This document shows positions 27,640 to 38,200 of a stretch of DNA of 64,000 bases, in pieces; position 1 is the first letter of the stretch; each line of letters begins with the position of its first letter. This DNA is from a virus (lineage: Duplodnaviria; Heunggongvirae; Uroviricota; Caudoviricetes). The stretch lies in IMG/VR virus record IMGVR_UViG_3300029849_000006, positions 1 through 64,000 of that record. One strand, written 5' to 3'. The position numbers were made by a program, and so were the translations under genes. The notes below the pieces were generated by a model that worked only from the letters and a program-made list of their open reading frames with translations, did no database searches and was not told the origin of the DNA.

Positions 27640-29050
27640 ACTTAGACCTTACCAAAAAGAAGCAGTAGATGCCGGGCTTAAGTTTCTTACAGGAAGATCT
27701 AAGAAGCCTGGCATAATCGTAGCCCCATGCGGATGTGGAAAGAGCCTTCTGATATCCAAGATAGCACATGAAATAAATAGACCGACATTAGTATTACAGC
27801 CCTCAAAAGAGATTCTGGAGCAGAATTATGCAAAGGCCGTATCATTCGGTTCTAAACCTACTATATATTCTGCTTCATGTGGTATAAAGGAGCTGTCGGC
27901 TATGACTTATGCAACATTAAAGAGCATAAAGAAAGATGTAGCGAGGTTGAAGGATATAGGGATAGATACCTTATTGATAGACGAATGTCATTCAGGATAT
28001 TCTCCTGAAGAAGGTTCTGAATTTATGGAGTTTATGAACAGGTTCCCAGAGGCGAAGGTACTGGGCTTCACCGCCACTCCCTGCCGCCTCCAAACCTACA
28101 GTTCCATGCTGGAAGGGAACTATAGCAAGCTCAATATGCTGACGAAAGACGAGCATAACTTCTTCAAGAAAATAGTTCATGTGACTCAAATACAAGAACT
28201 AACTTCTCAAGGGTTTTGGTGTCCACTTAAGTACGAACGATGGTCGTTTGATGAATCGGCTCTGATGTTAAACAGTACCGGAGCCGAATACACCAACGAA
28301 TCTATTAAAGAAAGTATTGTACGAAACGGCTTAAACAACTCTATCTACAAGCGCCTTCTTCAACTTATGAACGAGCGTAAAGCCATTTTGGTTTGCATGG
28401 ATTCTATCGAATCATGTAATAGAATATCAGAGTTCATGAATGCCAGGATGGGAGCCATAACCGGTGTCGTAACATCGCTAACAACCAAAAAGAAAAGAGA
28501 GCAAATCATATCCGATTTCAAAGAAGGTAAGTTGAAGGTGGTTTTTAATTATTCAACGCTTGCTACCGGATTTGATTTTCCTGAACTTGATTGTGTGATG
28601 TTTGGTCGACCAACTTTCTCATATTCAACTTATTACCAAATATTAGGCCGCGCCGTCCGCATCCATCCTGACAAGAAAGAGGCGCTGATAGTTGATTGCT
28701 GCGACAACATGAGACGCTTTGGTCGGATAGAAGACCTGACAATCGAGCAATTCCCTTCTAAGGGCTGGTGTATGTTTGCCGGCGATCAACTTCTGTCTAA
28801 TATAAGGATGGGTGATATTATTACCAAAGACGAGATCCTTCGTCGGGCAGCCTCGCTTAAATCTGTGAATGGAGATGGTAGGAGAGAAGACGATCTTGAC
28901 AGCATAATAATGTGGTTTGGAAAATATGAAGGAATTAGATTCAAGGACATACCAGTGTCGTATTTTAGGTTCTTGGCTGAGAATATGGCAGTAAAACCAG
29001 GAGACAGGAAAGAAAAGATTATCGAATATTATAATAGAATAAAAGCATGA
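27629..29050 (+). CDS. SF2 DEAD/DEAH-box (DECH) DNA helicase
   Basis: RPYQ motif, Walker A APCGCGKS, DECH box LLIDECHSG, helicase C-terminal motifs in the translation. Confidence 0.65.
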   Translation: MGFELRPYQKEAVDAGLKFLTGRSKKPGIIVAPCGCGKSLLISKIAHEINRPTLVLQPSKEILEQNYAKAVSFGSKPTIYSASCGIKELSAMTYATLKSIKKDVARLKDIGIDTLLIDECHSGYSPEEGSEFMEFMNRFPEAKVLGFTATPCRLQTYSSMLEGNYSKLNMLTKDEHNFFKKIVHVTQIQELTSQGFWCPLKYERWSFDESALMLNSTGAEYTNESIKESIVRNGLNNSIYKRLLQLMNERKAILVCMDSIESCNRISEFMNARMGAITGVVTSLTTKKKREQIISDFKEGKLKVVFNYSTLATGFDFPELDCVMFGRPTFSYSTYYQILGRAVRIHPDKKEALIVDCCDNMRRFGRIEDLTIEQFPSKGWCMFAGDQLLSNIRMGDIITKDEILRRAASLKSVNGDGRREDDLDSIIMWFGKYEGIRFKDIPVSYFRFLAENMAVKPGDRKEKIIEYYNRIKA

Positions 29051-29409
29051 ACAGCAAAAGACGTAAGAAAATAGAGGATATTATTTCCAATTTGGAAAAG
29101 CATAAAACAGATCTTGAGTTTATCAAATCAAAGCTGTCAGAGGTTAGGCATAATCTGGATTCAGCCAAGGATGATGTTGATATGATTTTAGACGAAGAGA
29201 CGGAAGCAAGAGATAATATGCCGGAGTCGTTACAAGATACAGAAAGATATTATCAATCAGATGAGGCTGTAGCTAATATGGAGGCGGTTGTTGATGATAT
29301 AGAAAGTATTGTAGGGGATTTAGAGAATGCGGTTTCAACCATTGATGATAAAATCAATGACATAGAAACTGGTATTATAGGGAATTTAGAGGCAGCCATA
29401 GGCGCATAA
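29047..29409 (+). CDS. acidic coiled-coil protein (120 aa)
   Basis: ORF track. Confidence 0.4.
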   Translation: MNSKRRKKIEDIISNLEKHKTDLEFIKSKLSEVRHNLDSAKDDVDMILDEETEARDNMPESLQDTERYYQSDEAVANMEAVVDDIESIVGDLENAVSTIDDKINDIETGIIGNLEAAIGA

Positions 29410-29457
29410 CGTAAAAATATAATCATAAAATTTAACACAATATATTTGTATAGATAT

Positions 29458-29492
29458 AATACGATACATATTTTTGTATCGTATTATTTTTT
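29458..29492 (+). terminator. rho-independent terminator: perfect 11-bp stem AATACGATACA/TGTATCGTATT, then T-tract
   Basis: Read directly; overlaps the annotated 5' end of ORF 29474..30241, whose true start is more likely ATG 29507. Confidence 0.6.
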
Positions 29493-29506
29493 ATGTGTTA
29501 TATTTT

Positions 29507-30241
29507 ATGAAAACAAATGTTACAATGGTATCAAAAGACCGAGAATTATTTGGCGTAATAATTAAGCAGGACACTAAAACTTCGTTTATGTCCTTAACAG
29601 ACCTTCAGGAAGCCTATACGAAGAAGAGGGTTGAGATGGGGTGGAATGAAAAGAGAATAGAGAATATCCTATCTAATAAGGAGAGTGCGGAACGTGTTTA
29701 CTATATCCTTGAAAAACAAGGATATAAGATAGAATCAGGATTTCCTGGTTTTATACAATCTGTTGAAAAAGAGTCACTTATAAAAGTGATGAAAAAAATG
29801 GGAGCTTATAAGACAATGGGTAGAGGAGAGAATAGGAGAACTATGTGTAATCCATATATATGGGTGCTTGTAGCTATGGAACTAAACCCTATGTTGTATG
29901 CTGAGGTTGTTACGTGGTTAACAGATAAGCTTATCTTAAACCGAATAGAGGCAGGTGATAAATACAATGTCTTGTCAAGAGCTATATCAAGATTTCCGGA
30001 TGCCGATTACTCCAAGATGGCTAAAGGCTTAAATTGGATTGTATTTAATGAGCATGAAAGCATGATAAGAAATAGGGCTACACAGGAGCAGTTGAAAGAA
30101 CTTGAAACCCTACAGTCTAATCTTGCATTCTGCATAGAGATGGGAACCATCTCTTCTTTCTCTAATTTAATGAACATGATGAGATCTATATATGTAAAGA
30201 AATGGGGAGAAGAGGCTGTAACTTCTAAAAACGTAAAATAA
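29507..30241 (+). CDS. KilA-N/Bro-N-like DNA-binding domain protein (tentative)
   Basis: ORF track with start moved to ATG 29507 to clear the terminator hairpin. N-terminal segment FGVIIKQDTKTSFMSLTDLQEAY is weakly KilA-N-like. Confidence 0.4.
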   Translation: MKTNVTMVSKDRELFGVIIKQDTKTSFMSLTDLQEAYTKKRVEMGWNEKRIENILSNKESAERVYYILEKQGYKIESGFPGFIQSVEKESLIKVMKKMGAYKTMGRGENRRTMCNPYIWVLVAMELNPMLYAEVVTWLTDKLILNRIEAGDKYNVLSRAISRFPDADYSKMAKGLNWIVFNEHESMIRNRATQEQLKELETLQSNLAFCIEMGTISSFSNLMNMMRSIYVKKWGEEAVTSKNVK

Positions 30242-30242
30242 T

Positions 30243-30530
30243 ATGGGAGTAAAAGAAATAAGAGAACTACTTAGACTCTACAATCTCGAACATAGTGTCG
30301 TCCAGAACAAAAACTCTGGGCGGTATTCTATTATTCTCCATAACAACATCATAGGAACGAACGTAGATGGAGAGAAGGTAGTTGTGTTCAGAACCATTCC
30401 GGATGGAAGCAATACGTTCTCTATGGAGCGAAATAGATTCTATGAGGGGTTTGTAGAGGCTTTTGATGACGATAAGGCGATTGAAGCCGTAAAACAGTAT
30501 TTTGAGAAAAACAGAAATGATAGGGTATAA
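30243..30530 (+). CDS. hypothetical protein (95 aa)
   Basis: ORF track. Confidence 0.4.
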   Translation: MGVKEIRELLRLYNLEHSVVQNKNSGRYSIILHNNIIGTNVDGEKVVVFRTIPDGSNTFSMERNRFYEGFVEAFDDDKAIEAVKQYFEKNRNDRV

Positions 30531-30582
30531 GACGAAGATGGATTATATTACTATCGAAATGAGGTAAAACAACGATAAAGCA

Positions 30583-31140
30583 ATGGAAAAGATGGATGAT
30601 AATACTAAAAATATCCTTTATCCAAAAGGATCTATTTTTCGCATATTAAAAGATGATATAATCAGTGCCGAATTTAAAATCGTCAAAGGAGCTATAGCGG
30701 AGGCAGTATCAGACATAGAAGTAAATGATAAATATGCTGAGGTTTGTTGCAATGGGGAGACGTTCGTCATAGAAACGGATATTATGGATATTATTCTTAC
30801 CAAAGACCCCATAGAAAACAAATCGGTGAAAAATGACATCATTGACGACAAACTACGATGGGATTTGCTTCCAATGAAAGAGATTGAGGATATTGTAAGA
30901 GTCTATCATGCTGGTGCAAAGAAGTACGGACCCAATAAATGGCAGAACCTTGACAACGGGTTTGAACGGTATCGTGCTGCGGCTGCCAGACACCTAATGG
31001 AATACATGAAAGGGGAAAGAGTGGATTCCGATACAGGATGTTTTCATCTTGCACAATGTGCATGGAACTGTATAGCTATGCTGTGGTATGACAAGCATGG
31101 AAAAGGGTTGATACCATTAAACAAGGAGGAAAAGAAATGA
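30583..31140 (+). CDS. hypothetical protein; C-terminal region resembles phage dATP/dGTP diphosphohydrolase N-domain-like motif (tentative)
   Basis: Motif LRWDLLPMKEIEDIVRVYHAGAKKYGPNKW...AAAARHL in the translation, recalled from memory only. Confidence 0.35.
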   Translation: MEKMDDNTKNILYPKGSIFRILKDDIISAEFKIVKGAIAEAVSDIEVNDKYAEVCCNGETFVIETDIMDIILTKDPIENKSVKNDIIDDKLRWDLLPMKEIEDIVRVYHAGAKKYGPNKWQNLDNGFERYRAAAARHLMEYMKGERVDSDTGCFHLAQCAWNCIAMLWYDKHGKGLIPLNKEEKK

Positions 31141-31448
31141 CAATAGAACAACTAAATTATTTATTAAGAAAAGAGCTTTATGCTATAAAAAACCATAAAG
31201 ACAATATTGATAGAATCAAAAAAGAATACTTTGATTCCAATTATGGGTTAAAAGAAGGAAGTAAGATCCGTATTTTACACGAAACAGGAGATGAAATGAT
31301 AGGCTTCTTGAAAAAAGTTGAAGTATGTGAAGACGGAGATCTGTACTTGACAATCCAAAAACAAAACGAAAAAGGTGACAGAGGCAGAGGAACATGGAAT
31401 ATGTATCTATCATCAAAATCAATTAAAATTGAAAAATTATTAGATTAA
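31137..31448 (+). CDS. hypothetical protein (103 aa)
   Basis: ORF track. Confidence 0.4.
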   Translation: MTIEQLNYLLRKELYAIKNHKDNIDRIKKEYFDSNYGLKEGSKIRILHETGDEMIGFLKKVEVCEDGDLYLTIQKQNEKGDRGRGTWNMYLSSKSIKIEKLLD

Positions 31449-31455
31449 TAACGAT

Positions 31456-31986
31456 ATGATTAGAGCAAGATTTTACATTAAAAAATCCGACTGTAGTAAC
31501 GACTACCGTCCAGTCAAATGGCCTATAAAATACCCGTATTGGTGTAGCGCAGAATCCAGTAATTCATTTGTGCTGGTGGCGTATGCTGAAGACGAAGACA
31601 GTATAAAAGAACTGTGGCCGGAGGCGTATGATATTAATGTCTTAGAGAAAGATACCGAAATTAGATTCACATTAAGATTTCCTAAGCCGGAATGGTATGA
31701 ATTGTACGAAAGGGAATTAGAAGAATGTGATAGATTTATATGGGTTACGGATGCGTGCCTGAGAGACGGTATAATAAGAAAAGTAAAAGCTAAAATAGAA
31801 GAGTACGGCGGTCTTTTGTTAGCCGACATCCCTGATAGGTTCACTCCTTATGAAATAGGAATGGATGCTTTTGAGAGCAAAGAAGAAGCTTTAAAACATG
31901 CAGAGGAACGGAGAGCGTACCTAATCGAATATATTAAGAAACGATTGAATAAACTTGAAAATCTAAAATTTAAATGCGATGATTAA
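31456..31986 (+). CDS. hypothetical protein (176 aa)
   Basis: ORF track. Confidence 0.45.
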   Translation: MIRARFYIKKSDCSNDYRPVKWPIKYPYWCSAESSNSFVLVAYAEDEDSIKELWPEAYDINVLEKDTEIRFTLRFPKPEWYELYERELEECDRFIWVTDACLRDGIIRKVKAKIEEYGGLLLADIPDRFTPYEIGMDAFESKEEALKHAEERRAYLIEYIKKRLNKLENLKFKCDD

Positions 31987-32692
31987 TTACGCGGCAAAAG
32001 CCAGGAAAGCTTATTTGATAAACAATTTCGATAAGATTCTTAACAGTCTCAACACGCTTCATTCAACGGTTGAGACCATGACGTTGTTCGTAAACGACCA
32101 GGCTTATAATTACATTCTTAAGCTAAAGGAAGTAATTAAAACCAGTCCTATGTATAAGCACAATATCAAGCGTCTTTTAAATGATATGGACAAAGAGATA
32201 AAGAGGTACAATGCTTCTATCTACTACATAAATAAAGAACGTAGTGAGGTTATTGCTGATATAACACAGGTCATGGAAGACTGTCTCATGCCATACATAG
32301 ACGACCTGGCCGGCGCTATAAGGGCAGCCGTGTGGTCGAGGGGTGTGTCCGAGGAGCGGACGGAAGCGGCGGTACTGTCCCTAATCGTATCCTCCTTGGC
32401 CACGACATCAGGCAGACTTATCTCAGGTGGATATCAGATCATGAAAGAAATGGGTGGAGGTCAAGGTGGTAATCCATTTACGTTTATGAGCATTGATAAG
32501 ATAAGACACTTATCTACATCATTATCTGATGCTATTACCGGTGGAGAAATAGCTCTTGAAGAAAAAGAAGCCAATGACATAACTAAGGCAATGGATGTTT
32601 TTATTGAGAAAATGTCTGATTCGGATATTGTTGATAAGGTGATCAGCATACTCGAAGAGGCAGAATCTAAAAATAAGGAGGAGCGATCGTGA
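31979..32692 (+). CDS. hypothetical protein (237 aa)
   Basis: ORF track. Confidence 0.45.
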   Translation: MINYAAKARKAYLINNFDKILNSLNTLHSTVETMTLFVNDQAYNYILKLKEVIKTSPMYKHNIKRLLNDMDKEIKRYNASIYYINKERSEVIADITQVMEDCLMPYIDDLAGAIRAAVWSRGVSEERTEAAVLSLIVSSLATTSGRLISGGYQIMKEMGGGQGGNPFTFMSIDKIRHLSTSLSDAITGGEIALEEKEANDITKAMDVFIEKMSDSDIVDKVISILEEAESKNKEERS

Positions 32693-32880
32693 ATTATTTG
32701 GATGGGTATGTAGAAGAAGTTCTTTCTGAGCCGTACTATGATGATTATGGCTCTGGAATTTTTAGGTGGTGGGTGGAAGTATCTTACATTTGTGAAGGTA
32801 CAGAATCAACTACTATCTTAATGTTTGATACGAGAGAAGAAGCAGAGGCAGTAAAACCAGGTTATAAATTTTTATGTTGA
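32689..32880 (+). CDS. hypothetical protein (63 aa)
   Basis: ORF track. Confidence 0.3.
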   Translation: MNYLDGYVEEVLSEPYYDDYGSGIFRWWVEVSYICEGTESTTILMFDTREEAEAVKPGYKFLC

Positions 32881-32887
32881 AAATAAC

Positions 32888-33136
32888 ATGAGGTATTTTG
32901 TTTTATTGATGGCACTTGTGTTATCATCATGTTCGCATGATGATAGTCAGGTTAATAACGGATGGGTTATATATGATTTACGTCCTTTACAGGGTGGGCG
33001 TGTGATGTATTATGGTGAAGACGGAGGATTTTCAATATTTAACAGTAATAGACTTATAAAATTCGTTGGATACCAAGGGGAATACAATATAGGAGATTCT
33101 ATTAAGATCATAAAAGTGAAACAATATGGAAAATAA
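32888..33136 (+). CDS. small lipoprotein (lipobox LSSC at residues 12-15)
   Basis: Signal peptide MRYFVLLMALVLSSC with a lipobox-like LSSC in the translation. Confidence 0.45.
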   Translation: MRYFVLLMALVLSSCSHDDSQVNNGWVIYDLRPLQGGRVMYYGEDGGFSIFNSNRLIKFVGYQGEYNIGDSIKIIKVKQYGK

Positions 33137-33614
33137 TTTAAAACTCGTATGTCCAAAATGTGGCACTCCTCACCAGCCTCATTCTCCGCACACGATGGAT
33201 GCAGATGGATTTGAAAGGTGTGAGATAAGAACTGTCATGGAAGACAGGGGGTGGTGCTACGAATGCTCTTTTTGGCAAAATATGTACGACAAGCACAAAG
33301 ACGATCCAGGATGGGTTAGGATAGACGGTGAAAGCTGGGTGCTTAAGCCTATGGTGGAAAACGTACCGAGCGGATGGAACAGCCTTGGATGCGGTGGAAG
33401 AAAAATGTATATCAATATCGAAGGGAAAGGCATTGTTGTATCAAATAACTGCTGGTGCCAAGGTGATGTTTCGGATGCATTTAAGGATCTGATGCCTGAT
33501 AATGCCACTTGGGCTACGAAGGAGGAATTTGACAAAGCTCCTGTAGTAGGATATATTATAGAAGGTATTGGTTTAGTTTTCACAGATAGGGAAGGTCATA
33601 AAGCTAATGCTTAG
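33126..33614 (+). CDS. Cys-rich protein (162 aa)
   Basis: ORF track; CPKCG Zn-ribbon-like N-terminus. Confidence 0.45.
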   Translation: MENNLKLVCPKCGTPHQPHSPHTMDADGFERCEIRTVMEDRGWCYECSFWQNMYDKHKDDPGWVRIDGESWVLKPMVENVPSGWNSLGCGGRKMYINIEGKGIVVSNNCWCQGDVSDAFKDLMPDNATWATKEEFDKAPVVGYIIEGIGLVFTDREGHKANA

Positions 33615-33855
33615 GAATCTATTTCATGTTCCTATTAGAATATTTGAAAGGAAATTAACTAATGGGGAAATAGAATATTGGTGCCAATATCAAAACATTT
33701 TTGGGAAATGGAAAAACAGAATAAAATATAATATGTTTGGCGTGTCGTATTATGCTGTTTTTTATTCATTCGAAGATGCGTATGAATTTAATTATGGTGA
33801 GAAAGAAGAAGGAAAGGTAAAGGTAGTGGATTCTTGTTACAAGAGAAGATGGTAA
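33607..33855 (+). CDS. hypothetical protein (82 aa)
   Basis: ORF track; last gene of the + strand block. Confidence 0.35.
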   Translation: MLRNLFHVPIRIFERKLTNGEIEYWCQYQNIFGKWKNRIKYNMFGVSYYAVFYSFEDAYEFNYGEKEEGKVKVVDSCYKRRW

Positions 33856-33860
33856 CTACA

Positions 33861-33901
33861 ATAATCCCCGGCCATACAATAGGTGTACGGTTGGGGATTA
33901 T
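33861..33901. terminator. long imperfect hairpin (17-nt arms ATAATCCCCGGCCATAC / GTACGGTTGGGGATTAT, loop AATAGGT) at the convergent block junction
   Basis: Read directly; lies between the last + gene (ends 33855) and the first - gene (ends 33970); followed by a U-rich stretch on +. Confidence 0.45.
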
Positions 33902-33969
33902 TGTAATATATGATTAATAACCGTCTTATCTTATACTAATACATTTTAGTACTATTTTTATATCTTTTA

Positions 33970-34419
33970 TTATAATTCTACATAGGTGTCAATAGGAACA
34001 AAGCTGCCAATTGTACTTATCTTATATATTGAATGAATAAGGTGAGTACTTGGACTTAATTTCAGTTGAGGTACTTGATTGGATCCTTCTGTAATAAAGA
34101 AATAATAAAAAACGTCTCCAATCGTAAACTGTAACATAATATCACCTGTTACCGATCCTTCATTAAAGTAAGCCTGGATATATTGTCCAGAATTTGATAT
34201 CGTACAATTTATAGGATTACCGCCCATCGTACATACCTTGCTATTATTAATTTCATCTAAAACATAGGAAGCCGCCATAGTTGCTCCATTAGATCGGTAT
34301 CTACAACCAAGAATAGGTACAGGATTTCGCCATGTGGTTGTAGGGGCCGAAATCGAACAAGCAAAAACAGGGATCTTGCCGCCAGCAACTGTATTAATAT
34401 TTTCAAATCTTCTTCTCAT
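33970..34419 (-). CDS. hypothetical protein (149 aa), N-terminus MRRRF
   Basis: ORF track. Confidence 0.45.
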   Translation of the reverse strand: MRRRFENINTVAGGKIPVFACSISAPTTTWRNPVPILGCRYRSNGATMAASYVLDEINNSKVCTMGGNPINCTISNSGQYIQAYFNEGSVTGDIMLQFTIGDVFYYFFITEGSNQVPQLKLSPSTHLIHSIYKISTIGSFVPIDTYVEL

Positions 34420-34423
34420 AATT

Positions 34424-35042
34424 TTATAAAATTAATTCAGTAAAAGGACGGACATAATGTGAACTACCCCTTGAACCTGTATCCAAATGATCTCCTTGGA
34501 TGTTTATATCATAATACCACGAATAGGAAAATTTTTCATTTCGAGTGGATGTCCACATTCTATTACTCATTATCGTACCTCCTACCATTAAAAGGCATTC
34601 GTTTATTTCATTAGCATACAATGATATCAAAAAAAACTCTCCGGCGCCACCTACATATCCATTTTGACCATTTTTAAATAAATAGCTATTAGCTTTATTA
34701 AAAGCGTAATCTGTATTACTGGTATCATATTCAAGATACGCATTCTGATTTTCACGCCCCCAATAATCCTTTTTAATAGTTCCCATATGAGAACTATCTT
34801 GTGCAAATATATTGTCTATTTCTCCATCCTTACCCCAACGAAATGTGCCAATATATTCGGTGGCTATAACAAAACACACTTTATCTACAAGAGCTATTCC
34901 ATTGCATAGATCATTGGAATATCCTTTATTAGACCAATTTTCTTTTGTATATAATCCTCCATCTACATGTTGGATGTATATGCCTTTATTGATTATAAGC
35001 GAGGGATTTACCCCCCATCCCTATTTGAAATCTTCGTCTCAT
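34424..35042 (-). CDS. DUF1566-like lectin-domain protein interrupted by a frameshift at a G6 homopolymer (C6 on + at 35011-35016)
   Basis: ATG at 35042 gives MRRRFQIGMGGKSLAYNQ*. Removing one G gives MRRRFQIGMGVNPSLIINKGIYIQHVDGGLYTKENW...KVCFVIATEY..., which runs into ORF 34424..34879. C-terminus MWTSTRNEKFSYSWYYDI...SSHYVRPF is DUF1566-like. Confidence 0.45.
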
Positions 35043-35069
35043 GATTTTTGTTTGCAAGATAGCAATAAT

Positions 35070-35119
35070 TGACAACATAAAAGAAACCGGTTCCCTATCA
35101 TCTCTGACTGAGAACCGGT
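35070..35119 (-). terminator. hairpin ACCGGTTC/GAACCGGT (18-nt loop) with a T-rich tail on the - strand
   Basis: Read directly downstream of the 2140-aa gene. Confidence 0.4.
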
Positions 35120-35256
35120 AAGAAAACAATTTCAGAAAAAATTAAACCTACATAATCTTTCAAGTAAGAACAAAAAAACGTACAATCTACTCTTTGACGA
35201 TGCTAATATAACATATTGGAATCATACAAAAACAATGCAAGTCCGATATTCTTCGT

Positions 35257-38200
35257 CTATTTGTAACTAACGTCATCGTCTCCTTCCGAATCAGGAGTAG
35301 CGCCGATGAAGAACATCATTGACTTGTTGTTTGTCTGCTGCCACCAATTATAGGCGCGCGCTACGTCTTCCGGCGTCTTGATATTATACCATTGTTTGAT
35401 AAACGTCTGTTTGGCGAGTTGCCTAAATAGCTTAGACTCTCCTTTGTATGTACCGGATGTTACTTTATCAAGTGAATAATTCCTAAGATCGGTAAGATCC
35501 TTCAGCTTCCTTCCCATAACAAACGGGTCGTTAATGATATCTACAACGTTAAGCTCCATAATAAACGGCATCTGTGAAGCTATTTCGTTTATGGTTCTGA
35601 ATCCAACGTAAGATCCAAATTGAGTAAGCCAACTTTCTTCGTTTTCATCATCATCACGCCATCCGGCAAGAAGCATGGATACGGCTTGCATGATAAGGAA
35701 CGTGCCGGCATAGACACTGAGGCGTTTGAGATTAGTTTTTTCTACCTCATTCATATTGTCTTTATTTTCGTTCCAGGCATCTATGATGTTTTTCATACCA
35801 GACTCGGAAGCCAGGCTAAATGTTTTGGCTATCATATTCTTTAACGTAATTGACAACCCTTCCTCTTCTTGCATTGTTTGGAAATTGAAGCCACGTCTTT
35901 TCCACAGACGTTGAGCCGCCAGCACCAACCATCCTCGGTGGGCGGTCATGAACCTGGCTATCCAGTTGCGCGATGCGGCAGTTCGGTTTTCTTCATTCAA
36001 AGATCCGTTACATATCTGCGACAAGCTACGGACTTGATTCCTGGTTATAGCCATCTGGGTTTCAACTTCCTCAACAGTAACACCCGATCCTGGCTTTACA
36101 ACCACCTTCCCATCCACGACGTCTACCATACTCCATAAAGTACGATCTTTTAATGCGTTCCATTCTCTTTTTATGGTACTCTGTTCTTTATTACGTTCTT
36201 TTTCCATCTTGAAATCTTGGAACGTGTAGAACCGACCTTTGTAATAACGAACATTGTCCATAGTAGCAATCATAACCTGCGGATCAAGAGGGTAGTTCAG
36301 GATTTCCATAAAAGCATACATAGGCGAACGCATTAAGGTCCTGGCCGCTCTATTGTATCCGGCACCATACATACGATTTCGGATATTGAATATCCCCATT
36401 CTCTCACCTATGACATATAATTTGCTTTTCCTATCTATGTCTCCGGTTTCTGCTATACAAGATGGAGCAAGGCGTGAAAATTCAGCCGATGCGTATTTAA
36501 GGGAGTCTTTGCTTATATACTGTCCTACGGCAGATTCCATGATGAGGTTGATATGACCTGTTAAGGCGCCGGTAGCTGCCACAAATGGAGACAGTGCCAA
36601 GTTCATGACCGACATAAATCTTTCAACAGCCATCATAATTCTTGTAAGGTCTACCGTATATCCTCCGATGTTCACCGTAAGTTTTTTGGTGTTCATCCTA
36701 ATGCCATAATAATGATCGTTGAAGAAGTCCCTGAACATCTGATATGCTTGGGTTGCTTCAGCCTTTTTACCACCTTCAAATTGTTTATTCAGTAACATCT
36801 GCTCCAGTCCTTGAGCGAGCTCTATAGACTTCTGCTTTTCGTTGTATAACGATGACTGCATCATAAGCATCGAATAAGAGTAGCCAAAATCGTGAGATAC
36901 ATCATCTTGGTTCTCCAATTCATATATGTAGTATTTAGGTATAGACCTAAGTCTGTCTTCCGGGTCATACACTTCTCCTTGCCTGGTCTTACCATATAGA
37001 GAATCGTCTACTCTGTCCAGGCACAGATCTGATACAAAATTACGAACCGTATTTTTGAAGTTAATACCCAATCCTTCCATACGTTCTATATCTTGTTTTG
37101 ATATCTGTGGAATAGCATACAGGTTCGGGCTCTGCTCTTTGTATAGATCAAGGGATTGTCTTTTTATTTCCTTGAGTTTTTGAATCATATTCCACTGCTC
37201 TACGTTTTTAGTAGCAACCTCATTACCGTCAGCATCATACTTGATACCAAAGTCATTGAAATACGATTCGTCACGATACAGGCTTTTCTTAGGCATTCGA
37301 TGACCATACCCATGATCTTTTACATAATCAGGATTACGACCGCTATTTTCGGCTTCAGATTCAGCCACCCATGCCCTTGCAGGGTCGAAAGACAAGTACG
37401 ATATGTCCATGCCATAATCTTGGGTGGATGTACCGTTTTGTACGTCCTTAACCATTTGCGCCACATCTATCTCACCTCGACCGATTTTGTCGATCATAGC
37501 TGCATATCCGGTAGGCGCCATGCGTTTATAGTACGAAAAAACCTGGCTTCTGGCAAATTCATTAACAATAGCATTAGCTTCTTCTACGCCCTCTTCTCTT
37601 GTATTATTTAAAAATAAACTGGCCATCTTAGCATTAACAGCATTCCTGAAATCTCTACCGTCTAATTCTTTGCTTATACCAAGCTTTTCTGACAGGTAGT
37701 TGGTTTCAGATACGGTAAACAGATATCGGTTATCAGCAGCCTTAAACAGCTTATCCCTTAAAGCCTGAATCCTTTTTGCTTTCTTCGCCGTAGTATGACG
37801 TTGTACGAACTTCCATTCCACTTCCTTGGAGTCAGCAAGAGCATTTAAATAAGACTGATTTACTTCGTTTTCAGCCTTACTGCTTTTAGTAAGGTACTTA
37901 TCAATATCTTCAAGACCCACCATCTTAGCATAATCTATCAAAATAGCGTAATCGGCTTCAATAGCTTCAGATGCGGCCCTAAAAGCATCTCTTTCAGATG
38001 AGGTAAATGTCGCTTCGTTAATCTCTCCGATATCAGCCACATCGCGATTGTTTCCAATTATTTCCTTGATAATGGCCTTATTTTTTTCTATATCTTTTAC
38101 AATCGAATCCACGTCAGTCGCATCTCTATCACTTGTCGTAGAACTAATGATATCATGCGCCATTTTAAGATACGAAGCCTTGTTATTTGATTCGGTACGT

